From Mobula hypostoma (Eukaryota), in NCBI RefSeq assembly GCF_963921235.1, contig NC_086097.1:171866001-171930000 (forward strand): 64,000 nt of DNA, read 5' to 3'. Of the stretch, positions 23,167 through 35,008 are shown in pieces. Position 1 is the first letter of the stretch; each line of letters opens with the position of its first letter. The position numbers were made by a program, and so were the translations under genes. Under the pieces are notes generated by a model, which saw only the letters and a program-made list of their open reading frames with translations, was not told where the DNA came from and searched no databases.

Positions 23167-24491
23167 CTACCAAGAACAGATCTCTAGGCATCTTTGTGCA
23201 CAGACTGAAGTTGTTTGTATTCCTTTTGTGTGAGGTATAATAGACTCATAAAGTCTCGTGACATGAATATAGACCATTCAGCCCAGCAAGTCTATGCTGA
23301 CCATCAAACATCCACTTAATCCTACAGTACAATAATCCCTAAAATTCTCTTCACATTCTTATTGACTTCTTCCCAGATTCTAGCCAGTTAATCCTCCAAC
23401 CCACACACGGAACAAAAACAGAAATGTTGGAAAACTCAGTGGTGTAAATGGTGTTTGATGGTGAGCACGGACTTGCTGAGCTGAAAGGTTTATTTCTATG
23501 CTTCATGATTCTATGCCTCGAGCAGTGAGGGTTTTTGTATCATAGAACCTAACATTGTCATCTGAGGATGCAAAATGGGTAAAAGTGAGTGAAGAAAATA
23601 AGGAAGACTGGCACAAATGGAGCACTTAGGTCATTACAAAACTTCTTTCAGCTATTGAAGTAATTCTGGATTGTGGCCACTATTTAAGTCTGGAAAGGTT
23701 CTGTTCTCTCAATAATTAACTGTGGGAAGGCGTCAGCAGAGTTGTCACAAAGCCAAAGGCTTAGCTTCAAGACCTGCGCTAAATTGGTGGGTACAAGCTC
23801 CCATTTCTGATTTCCATCTGGTGACTACATGATTATCAGAAAGGATCTTTTCCATTTGCTCAGGAAGTTCACAGCAGAATAGATTTTTTTGTTTCTTAAT
23901 TGACCTAAAAAGCCAGAAATGCATATCAAGGGAATTAACATTGGGAAAGACAAATGTTGGAAAGTAAAATAGCCTAGTGCTTGAGGCATACTCCTTTGTT
24001 TCCAAGCCAAATGCCATTCCAATTTGAAAATATTTCTGTGTTGCTTTCAATTTAAATATACTGTCATATCCACTTCTACCAGTAGCCCAGCAGACCAGTC
24101 CAGGAACCCAACATGCTCTATGTAAATAACTTGCCCCACACATCTCCTTTAAATGCTTCCTGCTTTCATCTTAAAGCCATGTGTTTCTATTTGACACTTG
24201 TACCCTGGAATTAGCCTGCCTGTCTAATCAACCTATACCGCCATTTTTGGAAACTTCTATCAGGCCTCCCCTCAGACCCCGCCAAGAAAAGAACCCAAGT
24301 CTGTCCCACCTCCTATTAAGGCTCATACACTCTAATCTGGGCAGCATCTTAGTAATGCTCCTTTACACCTTCGCCAAAGTCTCCACATTCTTCTTGTAGT
24401 GGGGTGATCAAAGCTGCACACAATACCACCAAAGCAGGCCCTTCAGCCTATTGAGTCCATGACAACCTTTGCATTAATATTACACTAATGA

Positions 24492-24690
24492 TGATGTGGT
24501 GGCATCAGCACTGGCCTTTGAGGCAGATGGTCCTGAGTTCAAATCTGACTGGGTCCCAACCTGGGCAGCAGCAGTATTTGCACATACTCTACTTCTGTAT
24601 CTCGCCACAAAAGCCCTACAGAAAACTACACCATCTGTAGGGTCGCTATGAACCAATGATGTCTCAATGGCACTCATCAACAACAACAAT
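24492..24690 (+). mobile_element. tRNA-headed SINE with an RTE/BovB-type 3' end
   Basis: B-box GAGTTCAAATC. 3' end GGGTCGCTATGAAC...CTCAATGGCAC followed by (CAA)n. Confidence 0.6.
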
Positions 24691-24725
24691 CCCATTCCAT
24701 TTTCCTCATTTTGTGTGAAGTGAGT

Positions 24726-25324
24726 GAGGCCCTCCACCGATTGGGGCCAACCATGAATGCTGTATCTCAGATGTCTACATGATGTGTAAGCCAGGGCAGT
24801 ACGATGTGAAGAAGCTATTGCCCACATAGAAGGCCCTCCCCCACTCCACATAGCTGATGAATCCAAGGGAACACCAGAGACCGATACAGTTTAGTACCGG
24901 TGGCATCGCAGGAGTTGCCCGTCTGCGTAGAGCTCAACTAGGGACTGCCTCAGGGACTCCAGCTCCAGATTTTTACTCAGGGTTTACTCCTGAAGCCTTC
25001 TCCATGAGTGGGTATAGCTGCAAGACAGTGGCGGTTTGAGATTAGTCCTTCTTCTCTTAGATGAGCTGCTGACTACTCCCATCTGTCCAAAGTGACTGGT
25101 TTAAGGGGCCAGTAACCCACCTTTGCCCCTTCTCCTGTCAGTAGAAATGGGTCTACCAGACTTAATAGCTAAGCCACACATGCCACAACATGAAGACCTG
25201 GAGCTGGACTTAGGTGTTGGAGGCAGTTATGAGATGCACTTCATTGGGAGTATTTAATAGAAAGTGGGAGCTTATCCCTATTAGCACAGCCCACCACCCC
25301 GGCTATAGGAACCTTAAGGAACCA
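24726..25324 (-). mobile_element. Non-coding retroelement, inverted copy of 28786-29366
   Basis: The minus strand begins TGGTTCCTTAAGGTT and ends GGCCTC, as in the 28786 copy. Internal blocks are shared, e.g. TGTGGCTTAGCTA and GCTATACCCACTCA. Confidence 0.75.
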
Positions 25325-25768
25325 ATATCACATTAAATGACTTCAGATTTTACCCTAAACAACAGGACAATTTACAGTGGGATCAATAAATCTATCAATC
25401 TGTTGGGATAAGGGAGGAAACCAGAGAGCACCCAGAAGAATCCCATGCAGCAACAGGGAGAAGGTGCAAACTCTGCAGAGACAGCACCCAAGATCAGGAC
25501 TGAAATTGGCTCTCCAATGTTGTGAGGCAGCAACTCCACCAGCTGCACCACCATGATCTCTGATTGCCTATTCAGTTTTCTACTGCTCCAAATGATCTCG
25601 TGTCTGTCATTTGTACTCATACACTGAGCAACCCCCTTTCTGCTTTCTCATTAAGGATTCCTTGGCACTATTTTGTACAAGAGCAAGAAGGTTCCCACCT
25701 AATGCCCTACGTGGTATTTAGCCCTTAATCAATGAAGAAAAGTTAATGTGGTCATCATTACTTTGCTA

Positions 25769-26958
25769 ACAACAGGAATTCTGCAGATGCTGGAAATTCA
25801 AGCAACACACATCAAAGTTGCTGGTGAATGCAGCAGGCCAAGCAGCATCTATAGGAAGAGGCGCAGTCGACGTTTCAGGCCGAGACCCTTCGTCAGGACT
25901 AACTGAAGGAAGGGTGAGTAAGGGATTTGAAAGCTGGAGGGGGAGGGGGAGGGGGAGATGCAAAATGATAGGAGAAGACAGGAGGGGGAGGGATAGAGCC
26001 GAGAGCTGGACAGGTGATAGGCAAAAGGGGATACGAGAGGATCATGGGACTGGAGGTCCGGGAAGAAAGACGGGGGGGGGGTGACCCAGAGGATGGGCAA
26101 GAGGTATATTCAGAGGGACAGAGGGAGAAAAAGGAGAGTGAGAGAAAGAATGTGTGCATAAAAATGAGTAACAGATGGGGTACGAGGGGGAGGTGGGGCC
26201 TAGCGGAAGTTAGAGAAGTCAATGTTCATGCCATCAGGTTGGAGGCTACCCAGACGGAATATAAGGTGTTGTTCCTCCAACCTGAGTGTGGCTTCATCTT
26301 TACAGTAGAGGAGGCCGTGGATAGACATGTCAGAATGGGAATGGGATGTGGAATTAAAATGTGTGGCCACTGGGAGATCCTGCTTTCTCTGGCGGACAGA
26401 GCGTAGATGTTCAGCAAAGCGGTCTCCCAGTCTGCGTCGGGTCTCACCAATATATAAAAGGCCACATAGGGAGCACCGGACGCAGTATATCACCCCAGTC
26501 GACTCACAGGTGAAGTGATGCCTCACCTGGAAGGACTGTTTGGGGCCCTGAATAGTGGTAAGGGAGGAAGTGTAAGGGCATGTGTAGCACTTGTTCCGCT
26601 TACACGGATAAGTGCCAGGAGGGAGATCAGTGGGGAGGGATGGGGGGGACGAATGGACAAGGGAGTTGTGTAGGGAGCGATCCCTGCGGAATGCAGAGAG
26701 GGGGGGGAGGGAAAGATGTGCTTAGTGGTGGGATCCCGTTGGAGGTGGTGGAAGTTACGGACAATAATATGTTGGACCCGGAGGCTGGTGGGGTGGTAGG
26801 TGAGGACCAGGGGAACCCTATTCCTAGTGGGGTGGTGGGAGGATGGAGTGAGAGCAGATGTACGTGAAATGGGGGAGATGCGTTTAAGAGCAGAGTTGAT
26901 AGTGGAGGAAGGGAAGCCCCTTTCTTTAAAAAATGAAGACATCTCCCTCATCCTAGAA
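25769..26958 (-). mobile_element. Young PLE 3' fragment with an intact GIY-YIG domain
   Basis: ORF 26200-26526 FTCESTGVIYCVRCSLCGLLYIGETRRRLGDRFAEH...EQHLIFRLGSLQPDGMN. Upstream RVPLVLTYHP linker. TSD TGCTA at 25764-25768 and 26959-26963. Confidence 0.92.
25865..25900 (-). ncRNA. Minimal type I hammerhead ribozyme motif of a PLE
   Basis: AGTC-CTGACGA-A-GGGT-CTCG-GCCT-GAAAC-GTC-GACT. Stem I is AGTC/GACT, stem III is the palindromic ACGT, and the cleavage triplet is GUC. Confidence 0.75.
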
Positions 26959-28134
26959 TGCTATTTGTAGGAGCTTGCTTTGATCTTAAAAAAATGCCAC
27001 ATTCTTATAACAGTGAGTACAGTTCAAAAAGTTGGCTTTAAAACATTGTGGAATATTCCAAATGCATGAAGGACAACAGAAAAAAAACAACACAACAATT
27101 TCAGAAGGTATCACGGTCTACCTCATTATGGCCTTGCACCATTTTATCTACCTGAACCGCATTTTCTCTGTAACTGAAACAAGTTACTCTCTGTTCTATT
27201 ATTGTTTTATTTTGCACCTCGTCAGTGCCCTGTGGCAATGAATTGATCTTTGTGAAAAGTACAAAAGAATCTCAATACATGTGAAAATAATAAACCGATT
27301 TAGCAATTTACAATTAAGTTATAACTAACCTTTTAATTTTCCTTCTCGCAAATGATGCCATAATCTCAAGTGTTCTCACTGCATTCTTTGATCACTGTGT
27401 TACATTATTGTCTGTTGGACATTATTCATTTTCCCCTAAGATTGACAGTCCTAATCCTTATTCCAGTTTTTTACTTCTAAGTGTTATCACTATTCCTTTT
27501 TTCATTCAGAAACAGTCGCAGTGAGTATGCTGTACCTATCAATGCCATGCATTCACTCAGTAGTCACCTCAAATGTGAATGTGAACCTTTCATCATCACA
27601 TCAGCCCTTGACTGCAGCTTCAAATGGCCCAGAACACAAGCTTGATGAGTTCTCCCTATAGTACGAACACGATGCTCAAACTCACACAAATGCTGAAGAT
27701 TTACAGGATATTGTCACTTTACTGGGAACATGAAGAGATACCTTTTCAATTGTATAGATCTAGTGAATGGTCCTTATCGTAGACAACAAGGAAACCCTCT
27801 TACAGAGAAGAGACAATTGGTCCACCATTTATTTCAGATGCTTCAGGACAATTGCAGTCAATTCAGTTAACAGCCGTGGTATTTCACGATTTCTCCCACA
27901 GGTCACTGTGTTGATGCTATCGTGCAGAAGCTGAAGTGCCAAGATGCAACTTAAGTGTCCACTTGCACACATTCTTTATGTGAAATCTCACGTGAAAACC
28001 ATTTTGTGCATGTTAGGTGACAACAGTAATACTCGCTGTATTGATCAGCTGTTCAGAAATCGATATAGCATTGTAGGAGTGATTCATCTTAACATTGTAA
28101 CATTTGCCCAGTGTCAGACAGTCATTGATTGATA

Positions 28135-28410
28135 GCACAAGAGATTCTGCAAATGCTGGAAATTTTAAGCAATGCACACAAAATACTGGAGGGTCTCAGT
28201 AGGTCAGGCAGATTCTTTGGAAGGGAATAAACAGTCAGCGTTTCTGATTTAGACCATTCACTAGGACTGGCAAGAAAGAGGGGAGATGGCCAGTTCTGGA
28301 AAAAAAAGCAGGAAGATGAAAAACCACAGCCCCAAACATCGACTGTTTATTTCCCTCCATTGATGCTGCCTGAGCTGCTGAGTTCCTCCAGCACTTAGTG
28401 TGTGTAACTC
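28135..28410. mobile_element. Second inverted pair of PLE tails (with a spacer)
   Basis: AAATACTGGAGGGTCTCAGTAGGTCAGGCAG...GGGAATAAACAGTC is mirrored by GACTGTTTATTTCCC...CTGCCTGAGCTGCTGAGTTCCTCCAGCA. Confidence 0.7.
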
Positions 28411-28785
28411 AATTATCAGTGTTATCAGTTGCACAGAAACTATTTCAGGTTTGACTGATGGAAATAGCTAATCAAATGCAACCTAAAACCTGTGTTTGTC
28501 ACTCACAACAAAGCAAGTCCTAGAGCAAGTTAATAAAGAAGCAACACACCAAATGCTAGTGGAACTCAATGGACCAGATAGCAGGAAAATGGACAGATGA
28601 TGTTTTGGATCAAGACCTATCATTGGGACTGTAAAAAATGACAGAAGATAACAGGTACTAGAAAAAAAGAGAGGAGATAACGAGTGGCACAGAGACCAAA
28701 CAGGCCAGACCATTATGTGGGATGTAGGCCAGGACATATACAGGCAAAATAAATCATAAATTTCCAGTATCACTATTGAATTCTA

Positions 28786-29366
28786 TGGTTCCTTAAGGTT
28801 GTCATAGTCAGGGGAGTTAGTGGGGATAAGTTCCCTCTACCTATTAAATACTCCCAGTGGTGTGAGTTTCAAATAATCTCTGACAACCAAGTCTAGCTCC
28901 TGTCCTCCATGTGTGGCTTAGCTACTAAGCCTGATGGAACCACTCATACTGAAGGGGAAGGGGCAAAGGTGGGCAACTGACACCATAAAACTTGTGACTT
29001 TAGGCAGATGGGGCTCATTAGCTGTGGTTGGTAGCACATCTAAGAGAATGAAAACTCTGATCTCAAAACCTGCAGCTATACCCACTCACAGGGAAGGCTT
29101 TGGAAGTAAACCCAAAGAAAGATCTGGAGTTGGAGTCCCTAAGGCAGTCCAACACTGAGTTCAGTACTGATTTGCAACTCCTCTGACATCGCTGGTGCAA
29201 AACTGTATCGATCTCTGCCATTCCTTTGGATTCATCAGCTGAATGGAAAGGGGGAACCTGCTGCATGGGCAACAGCCCGCTGTTCATATCGTACTGCCCT
29301 GGTTTGTGAATCATGTAGAGACTAGGTTGCAACATCCACGGTCAAACCCAACCAATTGAAGGCCTC
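28786..29366 (+). mobile_element. Non-coding TSD-flanked retroelement (probably RTE-mobilised)
   Basis: 11-bp TSD ATTGAATTCTA/ATTGAAATCTA at 28775-28785 and 29367-29377. Second copy at 24726-25324. No RT-like ORF. Confidence 0.75.
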
Positions 29367-29794
29367 ATTGAAATCTACAGCTTCATTTTCTCTGGAGACA
29401 CAACAGACTGCAGATGCTGGAAGCCTGAGCAACACACACAAAATGCTTTAGGAACTCGGTGGATCAGTCAGCATCTGTGGATAGACATGGACTATCAATG
29501 CTTTAGATTCAGAAGCTTCACTTGGATTGAAAAAAGAGGGAAGATAATCAACATAAAGAGGTGGAGAGATGGGATGAAGCAAGAGCTGGCAGGTGATAAA
29601 TGATCCAGTGAGGAAGGGGGTCACAGGAAGATGGAGGAAGAGAGAGTGGAAAGAATGGCAAGGCTGGCAGGTGATAGGTGGAGGCAACAGAGGGCTGCAG
29701 ATTGTGGAAAAGGTTGTGGAGCATAGAACTAGATAAGAGGGAAGTAGTGGGCAGAGGGAAGCCAGTGAGAGGAATGACTTTGTCTGACTACGGC

Positions 29795-30350
29795 CATAAG
29801 ACCATAAGACATTGGAGCAGAACTAGGCCATTCAGTCCATCAAGTCTGGTCCACCAATTGATCATGGCTGATTCATTTCCCTCTTAACCCCATTCTTCTG
29901 CCTTCTCCCCGTAACATATCACCTGACTAATCAAGAACCTATCAACCTCAGCCTTAAGTATACCCGATGACCTGACCTCTAAAGCCGCCTGTGGAAACAA
30001 TTCCACAGACTCACTAGCCTCTGGCTAAAAAAATTCCTCCTCATCCCTTTTCTAAATGGATGCCGCTCTATTATGAGTCTGTGCCCTTTGGCCTGAAACC
30101 CCTACCATAGGAAACATTCTCTCCATATCCACTCAATCTGGGCCTTTCAACTCTCGATAAGTTTCAACGAGATCCCCTCATTCTTCTAAATTCCACGGAG
30201 TACAAGCCGAGAGCCATCAAATGCTCCTCATATGATAGGGCTTTCATTCTAAGAATCATTTTCATGAACCTCCTTTGAAACCTTTCCAATGTCAGCTAAT
30301 CCTTTCTTAGATAACGGGCCTAAAACTGCTCATAATGCTCCAAGTGAGGC
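29795..30350 (-). mobile_element. Older CR1 3' fragment
   Basis: (CCATAAGA)n tail and CR1 RT C-terminal antisense motifs. It abuts the truncated Gypsy RNase H. Confidence 0.75.
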
Positions 30351-31241
30351 GTTCCTCAGTGATCTTGAGCAAATGCAATCAGGCATTCAGGTTCATCTTT
30401 CATAATGTGTGACCAAATGGCTTCAATGCCAATCTGATGGGCAGGGATGGTTCATAATAGGCGAGCAGTACATTGGGTGTTATTAGCTTCTCTGTTTCCT
30501 AGAATGCTTTTTCACTTCTTTCTTACCATTCCCACTTTGCTCTGTCTGTAACAGTGCATTCAATGTATGCAGTACTGTAGCAATGTTTGGGAGAAACCAG
30601 TGGTGTAAGTTTACAAGGCCCAAGTATGACCTGAGTTGTGACACATCTTCCAGTTTGGGTGCTTGTAGCACTGCTTCAGTCTTCTCTTGTGATTTATGTA
30701 AGCCATGCTTGTCAATGACGTATCCACAATATGAGATTTCATTCTTGAAAAACTCACGTTTGTCTCTCTTTGCACACAGACCATACTCCCTCAGCCTGGT
30801 AAGCATTTTACCAAGGTTCTGGAGGTACTTCATCGTACTTGCCAGTCACGATGATGTTATCAAGGTAACCACGAGGAAATCTACAGATGCTGGAATTTCA
30901 AGCAACACACATAAAAGTTGCTGGTGAACGCAGCAGGTCAGGCAGCATCTCTAGGAAGAGGTACAGTCGATGTTTCAGGCCGAGACCCTTCGTCAGGACT
31001 AACTGAAGGAAGAGTTAGTAAGAGATTTGAAAGTGGGAGGGGGAGGGGGAGATCCAAAATGATAGGAGAAGACAGGAGGGGGAGGGATGGAGCCAAGAGC
31101 TGGACAGTTGATTGGCAAAAGGGATATGAGAGGCTCATGGGACGGGAGGCCGAGGGAGAAAGAAAGAGGGGGGAAGCCCAGAGGATGGGCAAGGAATGTA
31201 GTTAGAGAGACAGAGGGAGAAAAAGGAGAGAGAGAAAAAGA

Positions 31242-31244
<3 letters not shown>

Positions 31245-31288
<44 letters not shown>
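31245..31288. repeat. (TA)n microsatellite
   Basis: About 21 TA units, expanded within the PLE tail. Confidence 0.95.
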
Positions 31289-31297
<9 letters not shown>

Positions 31298-32357
31298 CGG
31301 ATGGGGTACAAGGGGGAGGTGGGGCATTAACAGAAGTTAGAGAAGTCAATGTTCATGCCATCAGGTTGGAGGCTACCCAGATGGAATATAAGGTGTTGTT
31401 ATATTCCGTCTGGGTAGCCTTCAACCTGATGGCATGAACATTGACTTCCCTAACTTCCATTAATGCCCCACCTCCCCCTCATACCCCGTCCGCCATTTAT
31501 TAACCATTGCCGGCTTGGGGAAAAGGCACTGGCTATCCACTTTGTCCACGTCCTTTACAATCTAAGACATGTTGAATAAGCAACCTACGCAACTCCCTTG
31601 TCCATTCGTCCCCAGCATCCCTCCCCACTGATCTCCCTCCAAGCACTTATCCTTGTAAGTGGAACAAGTGCTACACATGCCTTTACACTTCCTCCCTCTC
31701 TACCATTCAGGGCCCCAGACAGTCCTTCCAGGTGAGGCGACACTTCACCTGTGATTCGGCTGGGGTGATATACTGCGTCCGGTGCTCCCGATGCGGCCTT
31801 CTATATATGTTGGCGAGATCCAACGCAGACTGGGAGATCATTTCGCTGAACACCTACGCTCTGTCCGCCAGAGAAAGCAGGATCTCCCAGTGGCCACACA
31901 TTTTAAATCCACGTCCCATTCCCATTCTGATATGTCTATCCATGGCCTCCTCTACTGTAAAGATGAAGCCACACTCAGGCTGGAGAAACAACACCTTATA
32001 TTCCGTCTGGGTAGCCTCCAACCTGATGGCATGACCATCGACTTCTCAAACTTCTGCTAATGCCCCACCTCCCCCTCGTACCCCATCTGTTATTTATTTA
32101 TTTATATACACACATTCTTTCTCTCACTCTCCTTTTTCTCCCACTGTCCCTCTGACTATACCCCTTGCCCATCGTCTGGGCTTCCCCCTCCCCCTTTTCT
32201 TTCTCCCTAGGCCACCTGTCCCATGATCCTCTCATATCTCTTTTGCCAACCAATTGTCCAGCTCTTGGCTCCATCCCTCCCCCTCATGTCTTCTATCATT
32301 TTGGATCTACCCCTCCCCCTCCCACTTTTAAATCTCTTACTAGCTCTTCTTTCAGTT

Positions 32358-32393
32358 AGTCCTGACGAAGAGTCTCAGCCCGAAACGTTGACT
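32358..32393 (+). ncRNA. PLE hammerhead motif copy
   Basis: AGTC-CTGACGA-AGAGTCTCAGCCC-GAAAC-GTT-GACT. The core is intact and stem II is weakened. Confidence 0.6.
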
Positions 32394-33279
32394 GTACCTC
32401 TTCCTATAGATGCTGCCTGGCCTTCTGCATTCACCAGCAACTTTTATGTGTGTTGTTATCAAGGTAACCTTGTGTTCCTGGGATATCTTGGAGTACTTGG
32501 TCTATTGCTCTTGGCCAAATTGCTGGAGCTGATGCAACACCAAAGACAAGACAATTATGCTGGAACACTCCCTTGTGAGTGTCGATTATGAGGAACTTCC
32601 TGCTTGACTTCTCAATCTCTATTTGCAGGTAGGCCTGTGACATCAATCCTTGAAAACTTCTCCCCGCCTGACAAAGATGCAATAATGTCTTCTGTTTATG
32701 ACAGGGGATACTACACAGTACGCAGCACCAGGTTGATGCTCACCTTGAAATCCCCACATATGTGAACAGCTCTGGCCTTCCCTTTCTTATGACCGGGACA
32801 ATGCGCATGGCCCAATCACTCCACTCAACCTTGGAAAGAATTTCAGATTGCCTCCAAGCTCTGCAGTTCAGCATCCACTTTAGGACATAATGCATAAGGC
32901 ACTGTGTGCACTTCGTGGAATTCTGGTGTTGCTGTTTCATCCAGTTCAATTCTGGCCTTCATGTCTTTGAGTTTACCAATCCCCTCCTCAAACATCTTCT
33001 CATCAGCGTTAAGCCGCTGTGCCAGTCTCTGGTTAGTGCTACCATTTGGGCTGCTGTTGCCTGTTGATGTCACACTGAGAGCTTTGATTGCGTGCCAGTC
33101 CAGTTGGATTTTTCACAACCATTCACGTCAAAAAAGAGCTAGCCTCCACTTTTCAATACATAAAGCTCCAACTGTTGTGTTTGACTAAATTTACTTTTAG
33201 TTTGCACTTTTGGCCTGTGTAAGTCTTTAGCATCACTGAGGTCTTCGCTAATAGTATCTTAGAAAATAGTCTGTTACAG

Positions 33280-33632
33280 ACACATTCTTTTTCTCTCTCT
33301 CCTTTTTTTCCCTCTGTCCCTCTCACTATACCTCTTGCCCATCCTCTGGGATTTGCCCACCCTTTCCCTTTTCCTTCCCCCTAGGCCTCCTGTCCCATGA
33401 TCCTCTCGTATCCCTTTTGCCAATCACCTGTCCAGCTCTTGGCTCCATCCCTCCCCCTCCTGTCTTCTCCTATCATTTTGTATCTCCCCCTCCCCCTCCC
33501 ACTTTCAAATCTCTTACTCACTCTTCCTTCAGTTAGTCCTGATGAAGGGTCTCGGCCCGACACGTCGACTGTACCTCTTCCTAGAGATGCTGCCTGGCCT
33601 ATTGCGTTCACCAGCAACTTTTATGTGTGTTG
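33280..33632 (+). mobile_element. PLE tail fragment inside the Gypsy element
   Basis: Near-identical to 32110-32453. The hammerhead GAAA is mutated to GACA. Confidence 0.85.
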
Positions 33633-34478
33633 TAGTCAGTCTCTGAAATTATGGATTAAGCTGACCCTGTTTCCAGCCCCATTTTCAGCTTTACACTGGA
33701 CACATCGATTGTGATCCAGATGATTTTGTGACCTGCTTCAGTATTACTAAGCAGTTCTAGGCATGACAGTTCACCTTTGTCAGACTCTATGGTGTCTGAT
33801 TCTGTTTTACATTTGGTAACTTTATGTATTTGACCATAAGACCATAAGGTATAGGAGCAGAATTAGGCCATTTGGCCCATTGAACCTACTCCACCATTCA
33901 ATCGTGGCTGACCCTTTTTTCCCCTCCTCATCTCCATTCCCCGGCCTTCTCCCCATAACTTTTGATGCTGTGTCCAAATTTGCTTAGTTTTGTGTTTGAG
34001 ACTTTTCACTCAGTAGTGCTTTTTGTCTGCCTTGCACATTCTCTCTATGTGACCTTGTCTGTCACATTTTCTGCCGAATGTTTCTTTGAATCAACAGTCA
34101 TTTACATCATGCAAGGATTTGCCACATCGATGATCTCTTTGGCTTTTTGCACCTTTCAGGGACATTTTGTGCATTTCACATTCTAACCTCCTTTTCTGTA
34201 GTTCTGTTGCATCATTTGCTGCAGTCTCTGATGATATTGCAAGAATCAATGCCCTTATAAAGTTAGGTCTCTTGTTGTCAGTAGCCTTGTTTGAGCGCTT
34301 TGATTATGCATGCCACATATAAGCCTGTCCCTTAATGCATCAGAAAGTCCATCTCTAAAGTCACATTACTGAGAAAGTTTGTGCAGTTCTGCAATGTATT
34401 CAGAAATGCTTCCATTTCCTGACAGGTTCCTTTTGTACAATCTAAATCTTTCAGTGATTACCAGCGTTTCCCTCCTAA

Positions 34479-35008
34479 TGTAACAGTTTCTCTGTAGCAG
34501 CAGTGTTTGGGTTATGACCAGAGATAACGGGGGCTTTGGAATATGCGCCATCCAATGAGAGGTGCGTTGTTTCTTTCTTGTGTGTCTGAGAGGAGATAGT
34601 TGCAGGCTTTTGTTCAGTGGATGGAGAGAGAGGATGCCAGAACAGGGAGGTCATAGACTGCAGGACTGTATGGATGTGGAATGGGGTCGGGAGTTGACGA
34701 CACCCAGAGGAAATCGATGGAGAATGAACAGATGGGAAAACCGTGAGCTCCAACGTTGTGCATTAGACTGTTTCATGAAAATGGGCCCTTTCTCTTTTTT
34801 GTTTCTTTACTAACCCTATAGTCAAATTAAGAATTATAAAGCTCAATCGTTTAATTGCATATTGTGCACTGTTTGTTATTTTGTGGTACTGATTTGTAAC
34901 AGGGGAACACATCATGCAGCATCTACTCAAATGAGATTTCTTCGGTTTGGCAGCGCTGGAGAGTATCTTTCCCTAGATTATCACAGCCCACTGAACCTAA
35001 GAGTTACA
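34479..35008 (+). mobile_element. Solo LTR (530 bp) inserted in the Gypsy gag
   Basis: Termini TGTAAC...GTTACA with a perfect 4-bp TSD CTAA at 34475-34478 and 35009-35012. Confidence 0.88.

Larger units (their letters stand above)
25630..27075 (+). mobile_element. Ancient Deu-domain SINE (SacSINE1/AmnSINE-like) split by a PLE
   Basis: GGTCATCATTACTTTGCTA | TTTGTAGGAGCTTGCT...AACAGTGAGTACAGTTCAAAAAG resembles the Deu-domain/3' consensus recalled from memory. Confidence 0.55.
30871..32453. mobile_element. Composite PLE insertion (inverted tail plus direct GIY-YIG copy) with a 16-bp TSD
   Basis: TGTTATCAAGGTAACC at 30855-30870 and 32454-32469. Minus-strand tail at 30871-31400, plus-strand GIY-YIG and tail at 31585-32453. 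Confidence 0.88.

Noticed and set aside
23745..24143. 132-aa minus-strand ORF in semi-unique DNA
   Set aside because: No recognisable domain, its start overlaps a CR1 remnant, and there is no splice support.
25818..26100. Recurrent ORFs such as SVSPDEGSRPET / MLVNAAGQAAS
   Set aside because: These are translations of the non-coding PLE tail. The apparent conservation reflects the repeat and its hammerhead motif.
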